DNA from: Epiperipatus broadwayi | Taxonomy: Eukaryota; Animalia; Onychophora | NCBI GenBank assembly: GCA_028023455.1 | Contig: JAQFVV010000003.1 | Coordinates: 3,286,001 to 3,350,000 of the forward strand | Direction: 5' to 3' | DNA: 64,000 nucleotides | In this document: one piece after another, positions 10,753-24,308 of the stretch | Position numbering within the stretch: position 1 is the first letter of the stretch | Layout: each line of letters begins with the position of its first letter | Program-made: the position numbers and the translations under genes | The notes under the pieces: model-generated | Database searches by the model: none | What the model was told of the DNA's origin: nothing | Seen by the model: only the letters and a program-made list of their open reading frames with translations

Positions 10753-12299
10753 ACAATTAAATTCAAAAAATAATGCAAAATTATAGAGGTCAAATACTTT
10801 TTACAGTAAAGGAGTCAATATCAAATAAAGGTTCAAATATAACACTATCAAGAATTATGGGAAATTTAAAACCAGTATTAAACAGTATATGGAAACACGT
10901 GAAGTGAGTACACTAGTAATTCAATAAAATATAACTCAGGTATACAGGCAGTAGATCTTATCCACTTTCATTTCTTGGTTTGATGTTAAGTGCATGTTTA
11001 AACAAATACTAAGTGAATATGGTCTAGCAGGGCGCCACTAGATTATCTGAATCTAGACACGGTTATATCTGATAACCTTTCACATGTACCGGGTTTGAAT
11101 CCCTTTTGGTACTTTATTTCTAATAAAAATGAGAGATTTTGCTTTTTGAGCCATATCACTATAAGCACTAATAGTTAGGTAAAAGTAAAACATCTTTAAA
11201 CCAAAGTGGAGTTCATTGAACATAAATCATTTCTCAGATCTTAACATAACAAATGTGTTTCAATATTTTTATAAGTTCACTAGCTCAGATTATATATAAC
11301 TAATTTAGGATGGCAATTCACTCATCCTTGCATGAAATAGATGATGGGATGTGGTTATAATAATACTAAGAGATCACTAAATATTATAAAATCAATATTT
11401 ATTTATGGCCTTTAAACAGTTAAACAGCTCATTAATTAAAACGTTGATCGGAAGATGATGATGATAATAATAACAATAATGACAAGGGTTTCAACTACAG
11501 CTCTAGGACTAAGCCTAAACATAAAACTAATTTTTATAAAGAAATTCATAATTATTGCTTAATTTTAGCATATTTACTTATATCTTAAATAACTAATATT
11601 CAACCATTGATGATGATGAATAATCACACTTAACAAAGACTACAATTAATGAAATATATACGCCTCGTTTAATAAAACAAACTAATATTTATTACTACAT
11701 TTCTAACATATACATAAAAATTTCTAGATAAATATGAAAATTGACATGAATAATAATAATAATAATTGATTATATAACAATCCTCAGATTAATTTTAAGT
11801 TCTTCCCCCTTTCCCTTCAAATGTATTTTGTATTAAGTTGGACGTCACATTGACCATGATTTTCACTCCATGAGAAAAGTATTAAAAAAAAATATTATCT
11901 GCTCATTAGCACACATACTTTAAAAATCCAACATGTAAATAGAATGTAAAAAAAAATGTTAGTAAAATTGAAAGAGCAAGTTTTAGAAAATAGTTTTAAA
12001 TCATTATCTCCCCCCTCTCTTCTACCTCTGAAATGCTATACTTAATGAAACAAACTAATCTAATATTCTAACACTACTTGTTATTTCACATTCACTCACA
12101 ATTATACACATATAAAATATCATTATGTATGTGCGTGTTTTATCCCATGATAACAAAATATTATTTAAAACCAAAATAATAATAATATATTAGTTAAAAC
12201 TAAAATCATAATACCATAAAAAAAAATTGTTTTACACATTAATATTGTAAAATTAATAAACAAATAATTTTCATACATTCAAGATCATTTATGAAGCTC

Positions 12300-13340
12300 A
12301 AAGTTATTATTAGTAAGACATTCTTGTTTTAATCGATCTGAATAGTCTTTAAAAGTTCTTTAAATAAAAATATACCACTTTATTGCTAAAATGTTTATTA
12401 AGACTGATATCATAAAGAAAATAGATATAAAAAGTCATATTACCGATCTTTTGTTTGTGGCGAATTTCCAAGGGTTCAAACTTGTCTTGTATAATGTTTA
12501 TATTTCTGCAGCTACCATTTCCGTTTTACTGGGAACAATCTCTTTCTTGAGGTGTATAACTATTTGATGATGATGACTCTATTGAGGTTATTTGCTTTAG
12601 TGGATAATTTGGAAATCATTATATTAATTTTTCTTCTCTTCCTGTCAAGCATGTGGATGAAATACAGCAGTTGTTTTCCCATTTGTAAATTTTCTTGAGT
12701 TTAAAATCAGTTGTTGTAACAATTAATTGGACTTGATGATTAATATTTATCAGTAGATTAATTCATCTTCTTTGAATGCAGGTGAATGCTTTCTTCCTTC
12801 TATTAAAAACATCTTATTTATCTGGTCAGTTGAAAGGTGTAGAATATTATTTTAGACACATCTTTTCTTTCCTATGTGATGTGCAGCTTCCTCCAGATGG
12901 TCCGGCAAATGGAATATACATATAATTTTTCTAGCCCGCCATTTCTTATATTTTCAACATTCAAATTTGATAGTTTAATAATCTGAATCAATCACAATAA
13001 TAATAATCAATAATAATTCAAGACAGCTTTTTATATCCAATTTTTAGCTACCTTAACCAATCAGAGATAGCATCACTTGCTATTTTTGGACAAATTTGTT
13101 TTAATTAGATCTCTAATTTATTTTCAACTATATTATTTTTCAACTGAAAAGTTTAATCCTTTTTCCAGACACTTTTGTTTTAAAAAAAAAATAGACTCAA
13201 TTCTTATTTCCTTTCTTTTGTTTTTTTTTTCTTTTAACATCCAGGTAACACTTCAAATCTTTGAGCTTCCTTCTTTAGATCTTGATAAGACAATTTCAAA
13301 AATTATAGTTCTGACTCATTATAAGCTTCCAAAGTGAAAC
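12300..13340 (-). mobile_element. Highly decayed non-LTR retrotransposon (LINE RT/C-terminal) relic
   Basis: Interrupted minus-strand frames with weak LINE-like words (QLLYFIHMLDRKRRKLI, EPLEIRHKQK); many stops. Confidence 0.3.
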
Positions 13341-14619
13341 AATCATTTACAAAAAAAAATTGCTACAAAGATCGATATCTGATTAAACAGATTTCCTCTT
13401 TTAACAAAAAAAATTGTACAAAAAAATAATTTGACAGATTTAATACTTCCTTTTCTTTCAATATTTAGGAAATGTAAAATTTTGTATGTAATGTACACAC
13501 ATCCTTCATTCTTTCAAATCATTCATAAACTAACCTTAAATACTATAATTGCTAGCTTAGTAATTATAACCCAATTATTTAATTAAATCTGTAACTTTTA
13601 AATCCCACTTATAATTAAAGAAAAGCAAAATAAAAGTATAGAATAAAATGTTAGAATTGATCAAGCATAGCTTAGTTTTAAAGAAAGTTAAAATGTTGAA
13701 TATTTGAAATATAAAACAATTAAATAATTTACACATACATTGCCTATATGTATGCATTATAACTTTGCTTTTTAACAGAAAATTTAAATATTAAATAGTT
13801 TAAATGTGTGTATTACCTTTCTATCAACACACAAACAAATAAAGCATATAATTGTTGACCCATTCTTTCTCTGTTTAAAGCTTTTAGAACTGGACCTTGT
13901 AGGGTTTAAACTTGGATGCCCTACAACTTCCTTTATGGTTATATAAAATGTGATGATGATTTTGTTTTACACTTTCTTACATGCACATTACTATAAATTT
14001 AGCTAGTGACTAAATTGTAATGGCACAACTTATATATATATATATATCTGCTTTCATCTTTCTCTCATACTCACTTGATATTTATATATTTGATGCTACT
14101 CCACCTTATGATTCCTGACTGGGAGAAATAAGCAGGGCAAATTGTATCTGTCGCAAACCTGGGTGTAACAGAATCTTATACAAAATTTGTTCAACAAGGT
14201 TTGGTTCAACAGGATAGTAAAATGATGTCATTTGCACAGGTTAGCAATTGCAAATTCACACAGACAACCTAAGAAATCGATCCTTATATGTGATGCAGTG
14301 GAATTTTTTTTTTATGATTATTTGGCATCAGTAATACTGCTGTTAAAATAACCACATTGCTCTATTTTCCACCTAATAAAGTATAGAAATTATAAACAAA
14401 ACATATGAACCTGAAGTTCCAGAAAAAGATGTATGAGAAGACAATGACAAAGTTAAATAATTTTTTTTTAATCCTCAGTGGTCTAAATACATCACTCATC
14501 TTCATTTCACAAATTGACAACAAACTAGGAGTAAGAGAATTAGAAGTTTTAACATTATTGCCCTGTGAGACATAGTGAAACACTGCCTTTTTGGAAACTT
14601 TCTAGAGAAAGCTCTCCTT

Positions 14620-17600
14620 AAATAATTATTCTGAATATTGATGGATGATCAATTAAGATAACAGATGTAATGATTTATTGTATAGCAAAGCTATTAATGG
14701 CTAACAACCCACAAAATAGTCTTAGATCAAGCTAAAGAGTTGAAAAACTCTCTGGGTTGGACAACTCACAAATCAACAATTTATAAAACTACAGACTCAA
14801 AAAAGAAAGGCCTCCACCAAAAAAGACAACTTGTTACTGATATGGAGTGGCAGGTTACATTGTGCATGACTGAAAATGGAAAAATAAGAATTGACACAAT
14901 TTCTAAATAACTGAATCTTTTACTAATTTATACTGCCATTGTACAGATCAAAAGTGCAGACAATGTTTTGTAGAGAATGCCATTAACAGTGAACATAATT
15001 TAGGAAAAATGCAGCTACTGGAAACTTAGTCCAGTTCATGTTAGCAGTTAAGATCCTCAATATACCATTGACCATGGAAATTGACACCAATGCTGATATA
15101 CTTGTTAGTGTTCAATTGGGGCTGGAAAAACTTAACACAGAACTGCAAGTCTCTCCACAGCCAATAAAAAATGGTATGAAAGCTCAGGGTGCAAATGGTA
15201 ACTAATCATGTTAGTGGATTGTTCAAAGTCATCACAAAACTAAAAAATGTCATGAAATACTATCACTATATATAGTCAACCTTATCATAGATCAGGAATA
15301 ATTTAGATCATTTGAATTAAGGTCAGCATCCTGAAAAGCAATAGTATTAAGAATGAAGTAATGAAGAACTATCCAATATATCCAATGCACAGAAATAAAG
15401 ATTGTATTGGTTAACATAGATTTGCACAATGTCATTGAAAAACTCTGAAAGAAACCTTTCACACAACAGAATAAAATGAAAGAACTACTGAAAGTCCTAG
15501 TGCAGGAAGTCATTCTAATCTTCATGGAGAGTACAGAATGGGTTACTCCTTCTGTAACTGTAACAAAACCAAATAGAAAGATCAAAATCTGTGATTATCA
15601 CACATCTACAAACAAATGTTTAAGCAAAAGTCCTTATTCATTACCAAATATGTATGAAGTATTGTCATCAATGGAAAAAGTGATACATTTCATAAAACTA
15701 GACCTAAATAACACTATTCATCAAATTCAGCTAACTAAAAAGATTATAAAATACTAACAATCATTATTCATCAAATTCAGCTAACTAAAAAAAATTATAA
15801 AATACTAACAATCACTATTCATACTTATATAATTATAACTATCTGCCTTGAGGATCACCATCACCCTAATATTTTTTAGACAAATAATAACATAGATAGA
15901 ATGATCCCATACTTCAACAATATTTTGATAATAGTTCACTCAGAGTCATTACTGAGAAATGGGATAGTAAAGACCATCAATCAATTCTCAAAATTTGGAA
16001 CTTGATTAAATCCAGACAAGGGCATTTGGAAAGTTACTGAATTAACTTCCTGGTCGCAAGAAATCCCAAATGCCTAATGTCCATGTAATATAAAGGAGTT
16101 TCAGGTATTTCTAGGACCAGTTAAGTATTTTTAAGTGTAATATATTGTTAAATCCCTGTATAATTTTTTAAAAAGAATCAACATTGGAAATGGGAATTAA
16201 AGAAACAAGTCTTATTAGCATGCAATAACCTGCTTGCCCATTATGATGGCAATACAGGTGTCATACTCATGAATGACACATCTGAATATAGAGTCATTGC
16301 TATTCTACACCATCCCACAAAATTAGGTGAGAAGCCAATAACTTTCATGTCTAGGATTTATCTAAAGCTGAGAAAAATTATAATCAGATGTACAAAGAAG
16401 CATTAGCCAATGTCCATAGAGTCAAAAAATGTATCTTTCCAGATCATTATAAATCACAACCCAATGTTAGAGATGCTTGCAAAGAACAAAGCAACCCAGG
16501 ATCATCTGAATCCCAGAAATATTATTGTCTGGTTACAGCTATGAACTACTCTACAGAAAGGGCAGAATCATCCAACATACAAATGCCTTATCCAGGAGTT
16601 GATAAACTAGATTCAAGAATGATAAACAGTAGAACAATAATAGATTGCTCTAAAGCATACCTAGAGTACCAAATCCTACCATTATGAATTTCTAAGGACT
16701 GGACTTTGATGTTCTTAGAATCTGCATAAAGAACTATGAAGCATATGGAAATCCTTTTCAGTAAACTGAGACTGCATAATAATGGACAAAAAATTATAGA
16801 TATCAAGCATCACTTACAACTGTGTCTTAGACTTCATACAGCAAGTTCACCTGAGCATAACTAGAACCAAGATTCTAGCTCAGTCAGAGATTAACAATGA
16901 CATAGAGAAGTTTATTGAAAACTGCAAAACATATCAAACCATAGCCAATATTTTGCCTAAGAAATATATTGTGTAAAAACTCACTGAAAAACCAGGGCAA
17001 AAACTATATATTAATCATGCCAGATCTTGTAAGGGACACATTTTACTGATAGTGATTGATGTTTTCAATTGACTTAATACAGAATAATGTGCAATACAGA
17101 TGTTGACAAGTCCATGATAAAACTTCACAAAATATTTGCCTGCCATGGAATTCCTGATGTTCTAGTATAAGATAATGGAGTAGCATTTATCTCTGAAAAG
17201 TTTGAAGCTTACATTAGGCAGTGGGTATAAAGTGTCTTCAATAACTGCCTTATCACCCTCAATCTAATGAACTCACTAAGAGAGAAGTCTAACAATTAAA
17301 GTTGACTTTTAAGGAAATGACTTCAATAAGGATAAACATAGCTCTATATGATGTAGCCACCAAAATAATACATCAGCAATTATGTAGAAGTCTCTAGCAG
17401 AGCTGTTATTTTAAAAAATTAGAACTAAACTAACTCTGCTGTTACTGAACAAAAACTCAGAATAAGTCTGCAACATGAAATGATAATTCACAATGGTGAT
17501 TGGGTTCAAAACAAAGTAAAGAAAAACTGGAAAAGGCAACATTATCAGATACACAATGATTCAATTTGCAGAAATCAAGATAGAAACTGATATGGTGCTC

Positions 17601-17915
17601 TTTAAACATTTGACATATAAGATCATATGAGGATGAGATAATAAAGGATACTACACAGAGCAGTATCATAGAAGTAGATCAAGAAATAATAAAAAGATGT
17701 ATTTTTACCACAAATCAACTAGATAACAAGCCACAGAGCTACAAGAAAGTGATCTAGATGATAAATGCCCACCTAATCAATGTAAGCCCAAGTCAATTCA
17801 GAACCCAATTCCATGTGGTTTAAATGAAGAGTAAAAGTCAACAAGAATTAAAGGATTACAGTCATCTAAAGGACTTTTTGTGGTGAGACTATCTTCTGGA
17901 ATAAAAAAAGAAATG
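14620..17915 (+). mobile_element. pol: Decayed Ty3/Gypsy gag-pol relic
   Basis: RT fragment WVTPSVTVTKPNRKIKICDY...LPNMYEVL...FIKLDL; RNase H-like EKNYNQMYKEALA; integrase-like PDVLV.DNG and PYHPQSN remnants; A/G tract then TGTTA near 17914. Confidence 0.8.
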
Positions 17916-18423
17916 TTATATTCTAAGAAATGTTATGTCCTAGCATAACATAAAAGTAAAATGACCTACACATTTATATTATAACTTAATTCTTACTGCA
18001 GAACTTCATGCTAAGTTTTTATGATAATACATTAAAAAAAATTTTATATAGTTTATTTTATTAAGTAAATGTTATTACTATAGTAGTAATAATAGTATGT
18101 CATTATAAAAGTTGTTAACTGAATTATAGTTACTATTATAAAATATTTGTATTTTAAACTGGCATCAATAATTCAATAATTTTAGCTTATTAATTTAGCT
18201 TGTTTGTGATTGTAAGTGTATAATCATAAGTCATTATTTATTTTAAAATATAACTTAGTTTTAAATATGTTATACTGGAAGATTTAAAGGTATTCTTAAT
18301 TTAGTTATTACACCTTTGATTAAATTAAATTATCAATAAAAGAAACCTAAAATGAATTTAAAATGCTTTAGCAAATTTATAAAAACATACATTATTAATT
18401 TTCAGTATTGTACTAATTAATTT

Positions 18424-18595
18424 AAACAAGCAAAACTCTCCATACAGTAGTGCCACTCAGTGCAAGCCAGAGTAGTCAATGGATGTCAGAAGGCATCATA
18501 TTGCCATCATATTAATGTATGGAGAATTTTACCTATTTTAATAACAGTTATGAGCAATCATAAGAAATGGTGATCATGTGATGTTTAGTGGTTTA
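18424..18595 (-). mobile_element. Family B short copy (3' end plus inversion; HHR not included)
   Basis: Starts AAACAAGCAAAACTCTCCATACAGTAGTGCC like other family B copies; inverted segment follows; 12-bp TSD ACTAATTAATTT (18412-18423, 18596-18607). Confidence 0.82.
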
Positions 18596-19727
18596 ACTAA
18601 TTAATTTGTAATTTATTTTAAAGTGCAGTTTATAAATGTTATGTAATTTTAATTATTGGTTAAGTAATATATTTCAATCTTTTATAAATCCAATATCAAG
18701 TCAATAAATTTAGAGTAATTATTTTTAAAACAGTTATTTTATTTTTGTGTGTGAGTGTGCATGTAATCAATTTCTACTTAGAATTAAAAGTCAAAAGAAA
18801 ATAATTATTTAAAGTACTTCCTTGTTAAAAAAAGTTAATATTTTTAATGTAATTTAACATTTTAGCAACAATATTTTGGGAATATTAAAAAAAGAGTATT
18901 GTAAATTAATTATTAGTGTCATATTTTTATTTTATTAAATAATTTATAAAATATTTAATGTAATATATGGCGTAATTTTCATTTATTGTTTAATCTGGAT
19001 TTTCTAGATATCATGATGTGATTAGTTACTTTAGAATCTTTAATTTAGTAATATAACCATTTTGACATATCTTGGAATTGGGTCACATAAATTAATTCCT
19101 TGATTGTCAATCACCCAATTAATTATCTATCATGTGATTTATAGTATTTAAGTTTTGACCACCACGCTTTAACATCAATCTTCATCATTTTAGTTCATAA
19201 TCATTTCTTTATCATCATTCTACAGTATAATTATTTATTTTGTTAGTCAAATTACTATGCAGTGCTAGAATAGTCATCTATTCTGGCATATAACTTAGGC
19301 ACCTCTGTCATGATTCAAATTTCTTTGTTTTACAGCATGAGAGGTTTAGATAAAATACCTAATCTCTTGAAATAGCTTGTGGTCTCAATGTTATAAAACA
19401 ACAGAAAATTTATATGAAAGATATATCATATTGCTAGAACTATTATCATTTTCCTTGTTTAAATATATTTAAATTATAATTCAATAAAATACTTTTTTCC
19501 TTAATTTGAATATTAAAAAATAATCGAAGGATACACTATTCTGGAAAGATTCTAAATTTAATAAAATATTATTTTTAAGCATTGTTTTTAACCAAGTTGG
19601 TTATATTCATAGAACTGCTATACATTTATATAAATAGAATTTATAAGTTAATAGTTTATATATACCATTTATGTGTTATATATAGCAATGTTAAAAACAA
19701 ACTGAAGCTTCAAAAATACCCTCAACC

Positions 19728-19760
19728 TCAGACCGCGGTGCCTCTAGCGTCATCAGTGAT
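19728..19760 (-). ncRNA. HHR relic in PLE pLTR (GAA of GAAA missing)
   Basis: TCA-CTGATGA-CGCTAGAGGC-A-CCGCGG-TC/TGA; palindromic ACCGCGGT; short stem I TCA/TGA. Confidence 0.55.
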
Positions 19761-20239
19761 AATGCAATGCACGAGTCTTTCTTGTTTATTATGTTAATGT
19801 TATTTGCAATAAACCATGCCTCTTTATATTTTCTTTTTCAATTGTTGTGCTCAACGTAAATGATTTTAATATTAATAGGATTGAAATTGTGGTAGATTTC
19901 ATTTTATTTTTTAAAAATATAGATTTAATATTAGGGTCTGTTTTAGCATGTTTATATATATATATATTTGTATCTATATATATATATTTGCTAAACTTGT
20001 AGCATATTTGATATGAGGCTCACAATAATAAATTGCATTACATATTGGTTCATTATTTTTAATTTTATAAACTATTTGCAGAACTTGGTTTGGAGATAAT
20101 TTATCTTTAGTATTGTTCAAAATTTGATTAAGGAGAGTTCTAAAACTAATATTGAAATCATTTGAGTAGATTGTTTTAATCTTTTTAGATATATGTAGTA
20201 CAAAATGAAGGGTAATTCATGCATTAATATTGTTATTAA

Positions 20240-20330
20240 TGTTTTTTTATATGTCAAATGTGTTGACCAGGAAGTGAATCTGAACCAGCTGCATGGAAGG
20301 CAGCTATGCTAACCATTAGACCATCAATGC
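20240..20330 (-). repeat. tRNA-Gly(TCC)-derived SINE head or pseudogene
   Basis: GCATTGATGGTCTAATGGTTAGCATAGCTGCCTTCCATGCAGCTGGTTCAGATTCACTTCCTGGTCAACACA; TCC anticodon; damaged T-arm; shared tail TTTGACATA. Confidence 0.75.
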
Positions 20331-21768
20331 TTGACTATTGTTATTAATGTTCCTAGTATTTAAAGATGAATATAATTTTTAAGAGTTTTATTTAATATAT
20401 TAATATTATATTCTGAATTGACTGACTTTTATATAGTTTTCATGTTGTCTTTTCTGTCAGCTTCAAACAGTTTCTATACAAAAACATTTGAAGCCAATCA
20501 ATTTATATGAAATTGGAGTGTAAAAATGTGGATGAATTACACCTCAAATGTTGATGGGTTTTATAATCATTTTATAATTAATTTGTGAGTTTGAATGTTG
20601 ATTTACATATCTAGAAACTTTATACCATTTGATGTATCTTTATTTTCTATAGTCCAAACTAAAGAAGATAAATTAGATAACTCATCCTATATATCAATAA
20701 TTGTTTTTCTTCAGCATAGACAAGAACATCATCCAGATAGGACATATACAAAGGTGATGTTGCTGTAGTGAACTTTTTTGGAATAACTGCTATCTCAAAT
20801 TGGTTAAGAACTATACTATAAATTATTTCACTTAATGGTAGCCTCATAGGCCATTTGTGTTTCATTATATAAAATTTATCATTGAAAAGAGCTATAATAT
20901 CCCCATTAATCCATTTAAGAATATCAGCAATAAAATTTATTTTATAGTTATTAAAATTAAAATTAATTAAAATTTTATGAATTATACTAATAGATAATTG
21001 TCATCATACTGAACCATAAAGTTACATTCCATCTGATGATGCAAGTTTATTGTTACGATTACACATTTGTGAATTTAATATTTGTTCACATTCAATTTTT
21101 TTAAAACCAATTTGATCAATTAATCACTCAAATATTTTCTTCGCTGTCTTACAAAAGTAGGTGCCTCCAAAGTCAATTAAAAGTCTAAGAGTTTGATTTT
21201 CTTTATGCAATTTTTTATATTTGCTTGCTATTGGATAAATCTTTTTATATTCAAATTTATTAATTGCTTTGTTTTGATAATGTCTTAATACTGAAATAAT
21301 AAATTGATTATATTCTTCATAACGGTTAAAATTTAATTTTTTAATTTGATCATAAACTTTATTTTTATAATCCTTGTTAGATATAAGAACAAATCTATTC
21401 CCCTTATCCTTTAAACTTTTACTATTATTAAACTGTAAAAATGATTTGATTCTTTTACTTTATTAAACCACTACATTTTATTTATTGTTAAAAATCTTCC
21501 ATAATATTGAACTATCTTAAACCGTCAATCGCATCGCGTTTGTTGTTTGTTTGTTTTTGTTTTTTTAACAATTTTTTAGATTTACTTGTGTGTTTTTGTT
21601 TTTTTTTTTACAAATTTGTACAATATTATCTTGATTTCTCAATAATCATCTACTGAATATATGCTACATTTTTTGTTATAAATCTTGCAATATTTCTTTG
21701 AATTCCATTGTATTATGTGTTACTATTTTTTAGAATTGAACTGCAACAAGTCCTTTTTGGTTTTTCGA

Positions 21769-21966
21769 GAAAGAATCATGTTCACATCATTTTGGTGACA
21801 TCACAAAGTTGTCAGTGTATTGATATAAATGTCAACAATGTCAACAGGTATTACAGCTGCAACATTGGAAAGAATCATGTTCACATCATTTTGGTGACAT
21901 CACAAAGTTGTCAGTGTATTGATATAAATGTCAACAATGTCAACAGGTATTACAGCTGCAACATTG
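21769..21966. repeat. Perfect 2 x 99-bp tandem duplication (followed by an imperfect ~31-bp duplication)
   Basis: GAAAGAATCATG...GCAACATTG at 21769-21867 and 21868-21966; ACAATGACTCTTGGAATGA at 21967 and 21998. Confidence 0.95.
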
Positions 21967-22889
21967 ACAATGACTCTTGGAATGATGCTCGATGTTCACA
22001 ATGACTCTTGGAATGACGATCGACGCTGGGAAGATAGGAGTCGTTGTCAATGTCACAACTCTAATATCAAAGTACCATTAATTATTATTTTAATTATTAG
22101 TGTGGTTGCAGTTAGTTAGCATTATTACCAATTAATATTAATATTTATTATATTTATATTAAAAAAATATAATAATTATAAATAAGTATTAATAAATTTA
22201 ATAATAATTCTATGTAGGCATTCTGCTCATGCCATGAAAAAAAAATATTCAAGTAACTTACTGGTCACAGCTACCAGTGGTTTAAAATTGAGTCAGAGTT
22301 GGATATTACAATCTATGATACACAAGATTAATTTAATAATACTATTAGCACCGATCTATGGGCTACTTGTGCCAACTCATTGAACTAACCAAAACTGTGA
22401 TGATTAAGGATTTAAATTTATATATATATATATAGGATTTATATGGATTAGGTTAATCTTAAATATTGTGGTTCCTATTCATGCCACATAATTAGGGTCA
22501 AAATCTGTAATGGTACTTCTATCTTGGAATCTACAATAACTCTTTTAAAACCTGATTTCATTTTAGTTTTTATAGGTTCATCTTTTATATTACAGTCACC
22601 TTTAGATTATTTACTCTCAACGTCTAAAGCTCTAGGGTTAGTATTAGATTCTTCAAATTTAGCATTATGGCTAGCTTCTTTATCAGCTCTTAATTTGGCT
22701 TTCCATTTATCTTTTTTTTTTTTCAGGATAAAATAATAATTCTTTTTTAAGTTTATTAAATTTATAATCTTTCCAGAATAGTACACCTTTACTATTATTT
22801 TTTTATATTTAAATTATATTTCAAAGTGAATTTAAAAATATTGAATGCCACACTTTTATTTAACTTTCTATTAATTTTAAAAACGTTAT

Positions 22890-23098
22890 TGTAATGTATT
22901 CGTGGTGACGTCACAGTCACTGCGGGATGGACATTATCGAGACTGCGGGACTAGACCAGGAAGCCATGTTAGAACGGTGATCATGTTTCCGAGTATTAGT
23001 AAGCCTTATGTATTGACTATTATTTTATGTATAGAATAGTAATAAAAGATTAACTAGTAAAGTGTTGTTGTGTTTGCTTGTATTTGTGATACACAACA
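22890..23098 (+). repeat. 5' LTR (209 bp)
   Basis: TGTAA...CAACA; about 96% identical to the 3' LTR by manual comparison. Confidence 0.95.
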
Positions 23099-23100
23099 CT

Positions 23101-23118
23101 TGGCGACGAGGATGGGAT
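23101..23118 (+). promoter_or_regulatory. Primer-binding site complementary to tRNA-Ser(GCT)
   Basis: TGGCGACGAGGATGGGAT matches the reverse complement of the conserved tRNA-Ser-GCT 3' end, as I recall it. Confidence 0.88.
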
Positions 23119-23225
23119 GCCGCTAGCTGCATTGTTTTTTTTTTTCCTTTACCTTGGGATTACGGCAAGAAACGACAGAAATACTTTCTTCGCGAAGACG
23201 TTCAACAAGGCGTTGATGCTCAAGG

Positions 23226-24308
23226 ATGGCAACTGTCGGGAAGTTATCAGCATTCGACGTCGAGCTCCCACAACTATGGGATACGTATGCATCGCAAGTC
23301 GAATTTTATTGTCTGGCGAATGATATTACAAGTGAAGACAAGAAACGAGCTACTTTGTTGGCAGCCTGCGGACTACAAACGCTATCGATATTGCGGTCTT
23401 TGATAGCCCCAGCTCAGCCGTTAGAAAGGTCATATGACGAGCTCACCGCTGTGTTAAAACAATACTTTAATCCAAGGCCCTCTATAATCTATCAGCGCTA
23501 CCAGTTTTGCCGTCGTGAACAAAAAGAGGGAGAGACTGTTAGTGTTTTTCTCGCGGGACTGAGACGTCTCGCGGAAGGATGTGATTTTGGCACGACACTC
23601 GTCGAGCGCCTCCGTGATCAGTTTGTTTGTGGACTGAGAGATGAAAGTGTACAGCGCCGACTGCTCACCGAAGAAACATTAACCCTAGATGCCGCAGTGC
23701 AGAGGAGTTTAGCAGCCGAGGCAGCGGGGGACCAGGTGCGGGAGATGCATGCTTCTGGATTGTCATCATCAGTGGATCTAATACAACACCGCCGACAGTT
23801 TCCTACCAAATACAAAACGGAGTTACAAAAACATATAATGCCGACTGTGCCATGTTGCGGCTGTGGTGGTACACATGTTCGTACAGAATGCCCCTTTCGC
23901 CGAGCAAAATGCCATTTTTGCCGAAAGACAGGTCACATCAAAAGGGTATGTAAGGCCCGACAACAGGACACTCAAACATCATCCACCCAGTGCATGGCAG
24001 TGAAAGAGGAATTGGATACTGATGGGGCATTGGACTTAATATACAAGCTCCATAGTGACAGCAAACCCCTCACAACTACAGCAAGAGTGCTTATTAACAA
24101 TACTAAATGCTGCATGGAAGTAGATTCCGGATCGGAATATTCAATTGTGTCTCGGGGGTTTTTCAAGACTTGTGCAAAGGAAAACTGCCAGTGTTGGAAC
24201 CTGTACAAACGACACTGCGGGATTTTCAGCAAAACCGGATCACCTTTATGGGACAGTGCTTTGTCAGCGTCAAATACGGAAAGTATTCAGCTTGTTTACG
24301 CCTGTTAA
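23226..24308 (+). CDS. gag: Gag (CCHC knuckles CCGCGGTHVRTEC, CHFCRKTGHIKRVC) and aspartic protease N-half (VDSGS)
   Basis: 360-aa ORF; leaves the protease frame at about 24150. Confidence 0.9.
   Translation: MATVGKLSAFDVELPQLWDTYASQVEFYCLANDITSEDKKRATLLAACGLQTLSILRSLIAPAQPLERSYDELTAVLKQYFNPRPSIIYQRYQFCRREQKEGETVSVFLAGLRRLAEGCDFGTTLVERLRDQFVCGLRDESVQRRLLTEETLTLDAAVQRSLAAEAAGDQVREMHASGLSSSVDLIQHRRQFPTKYKTELQKHIMPTVPCCGCGGTHVRTECPFRRAKCHFCRKTGHIKRVCKARQQDTQTSSTQCMAVKEELDTDGALDLIYKLHSDSKPLTTTARVLINNTKCCMEVDSGSEYSIVSRGFFKTCAKENCQCWNLYKRHCGIFSKTGSPLWDSALSASNTESIQLVYAC

Larger units (their letters stand above)
19650..21480 (-). mobile_element. Decayed Penelope-like element (RT relic plus 3' pLTR)
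   Basis: Minus-strand motifs DKGNRFVLISNKDYKNKV, LRLLIDFGGTYFCKTAKKI, PMRLPLSEII...YLDDVL and GIKFLDM, in the order expected for PLE RT; HHR-like motif downstream. Confidence 0.75.

Noticed and set aside
10578-10793. 71-aa ORF with YI repeats
   Set aside because: Artefact of the (TA)36 microsatellite.
21030-21075. HHR-like CTGATGATGCAAGTTTATTGT
   Set aside because: No GAAA and no stem I partner found; it lies between RT segments on the opposite strand.
24140-24165. Programmed -1 frameshift at CGGGGGTTTTTC between gag and pol
   Set aside because: It falls inside the protease, after the DSG motif, and the GGGTTTT heptamer is not in the zero frame. A single lost base in a homopolymer is simpler.
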